Shown here piece after piece: positions 63,101-64,000 of a stretch of DNA of 64,000 nt. The first letter of the stretch is position 1. Each line of letters opens with the position of its first letter. The notes below the pieces were generated by a model. It saw nothing but the letters and a program-made list of their open reading frames with translations. It did not search any database and was not told where the DNA came from. The position numbers and the translations under genes were made by a program. The stretch covers positions 1,070,536-1,134,535 of the forward strand of contig NMRA01000013.1 of the NCBI GenBank assembly GCA_002633005.1, written 5' to 3'. The DNA comes from Phoronis australis. Its lineage: Eukaryota > Animalia > Phoronida.

Positions 63101-64000
63101 AAATGGAATCTGAGTGACGATGAAAAAACAGTAGCTGCTGGTAAGATGTGAATTTTAATCGAAGCCTTAATGAATCACTCAGAAACTCATAATTCTCTCT
63201 TTGTCAAACCTTAACTTAAGACGATTTCCAAAGCAATCGCGTCATTAATGCCAACACAAAAAAAGGATTTGGTCTTTTGGGCAATTGAAGACTATTTTAA
63301 ATTCAACAAATTTGTTACGAACTGGTTGCACAAAGTATAAAAAGTGTAATAAGCATTACAAAAAGAAGTAGGTTTCGCGTGCAAACGCTGTGGACCATAA
63401 ACAAGTAGGTCTCTTAGTATCATATTAAGAGTGGAATCGTGGTGGTGCAGTGGTAAAGCACGCGCGCTCTATCCTCTGGTCGTTAGTTCGAGTCTGTGGT
63501 AATTGCAGTTTTTCAAGTTCGACACGTTTTCCGTTTTTTTCTTGTATAATACTTTAGGAATCAAGGAAAATGCTTGATTTTTAGAGGAAAAACAGAAAAA
63601 TCCCAAAAAGTTGTTACGCCTATGTACTGCGTGCCTTTACTGGAGAGATCAGTTAATGTTAGAAATACTGCACATGCATTGCCAGGCTTTTCGCAAACAA
63701 GAGTGTGTGTAAGTTGACAGTAAAGTTTCTAAAATAAAAGAACGATTGAAGACAACACCAACTCTGCCGACTCCATCATCCTTGGAGTCCTCTCATAACT
63801 TCGCAACAACGTGCACTGTTGCTTTGGCACACGATTGTTTTACATGTACTCTCGTACTCTGCCTTGCTTTCATTAAGGAAAGCGTTGGAAGCGCATCGCT
63901 AACTTTCGCTATTGAATGACGTGCTCGACGAAAGCGTTTTGAATTTTAGCGAGCACATTTCAAGGTTCACGCCAACAAAATGGATGACGAGTAAGTGTTT

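Overview
Animal (probably invertebrate) nuclear DNA, AT-rich, intron-dominated and crowded with transposon remnants. One multi-exon protein-coding gene is clear on the minus strand: a soluble guanylate cyclase of the beta-2 (GUCY1B2-like) type. I traced 11 coding exons by hand between 28011 and 4163. All have GT-AG sites and consistent phases, and with a 3-nt ATG exon they give a 2061-nt CDS (686 aa): H-NOX, PAS/HNOBA, coiled coil, cyclase, and a C-terminal CaaX (CRLM). Two candidates exist for the ATG exon (28432-28434 and 43447-43479). One cyclase exon appears twice across a single N, which is most likely an assembly artefact. Introns and upstream DNA hold a decayed Penelope-like retroelement carrying an apparently intact minimal hammerhead ribozyme, a TIR element with a phased array of a 16-mer, several DNA-transposon derivatives with visible TIRs/TSDs, tRNA-derived SINE heads, THAP remnants and microsatellites. 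No CRISPR array, rRNA or intact tRNA was found. All alignments were done by eye, without database searches.
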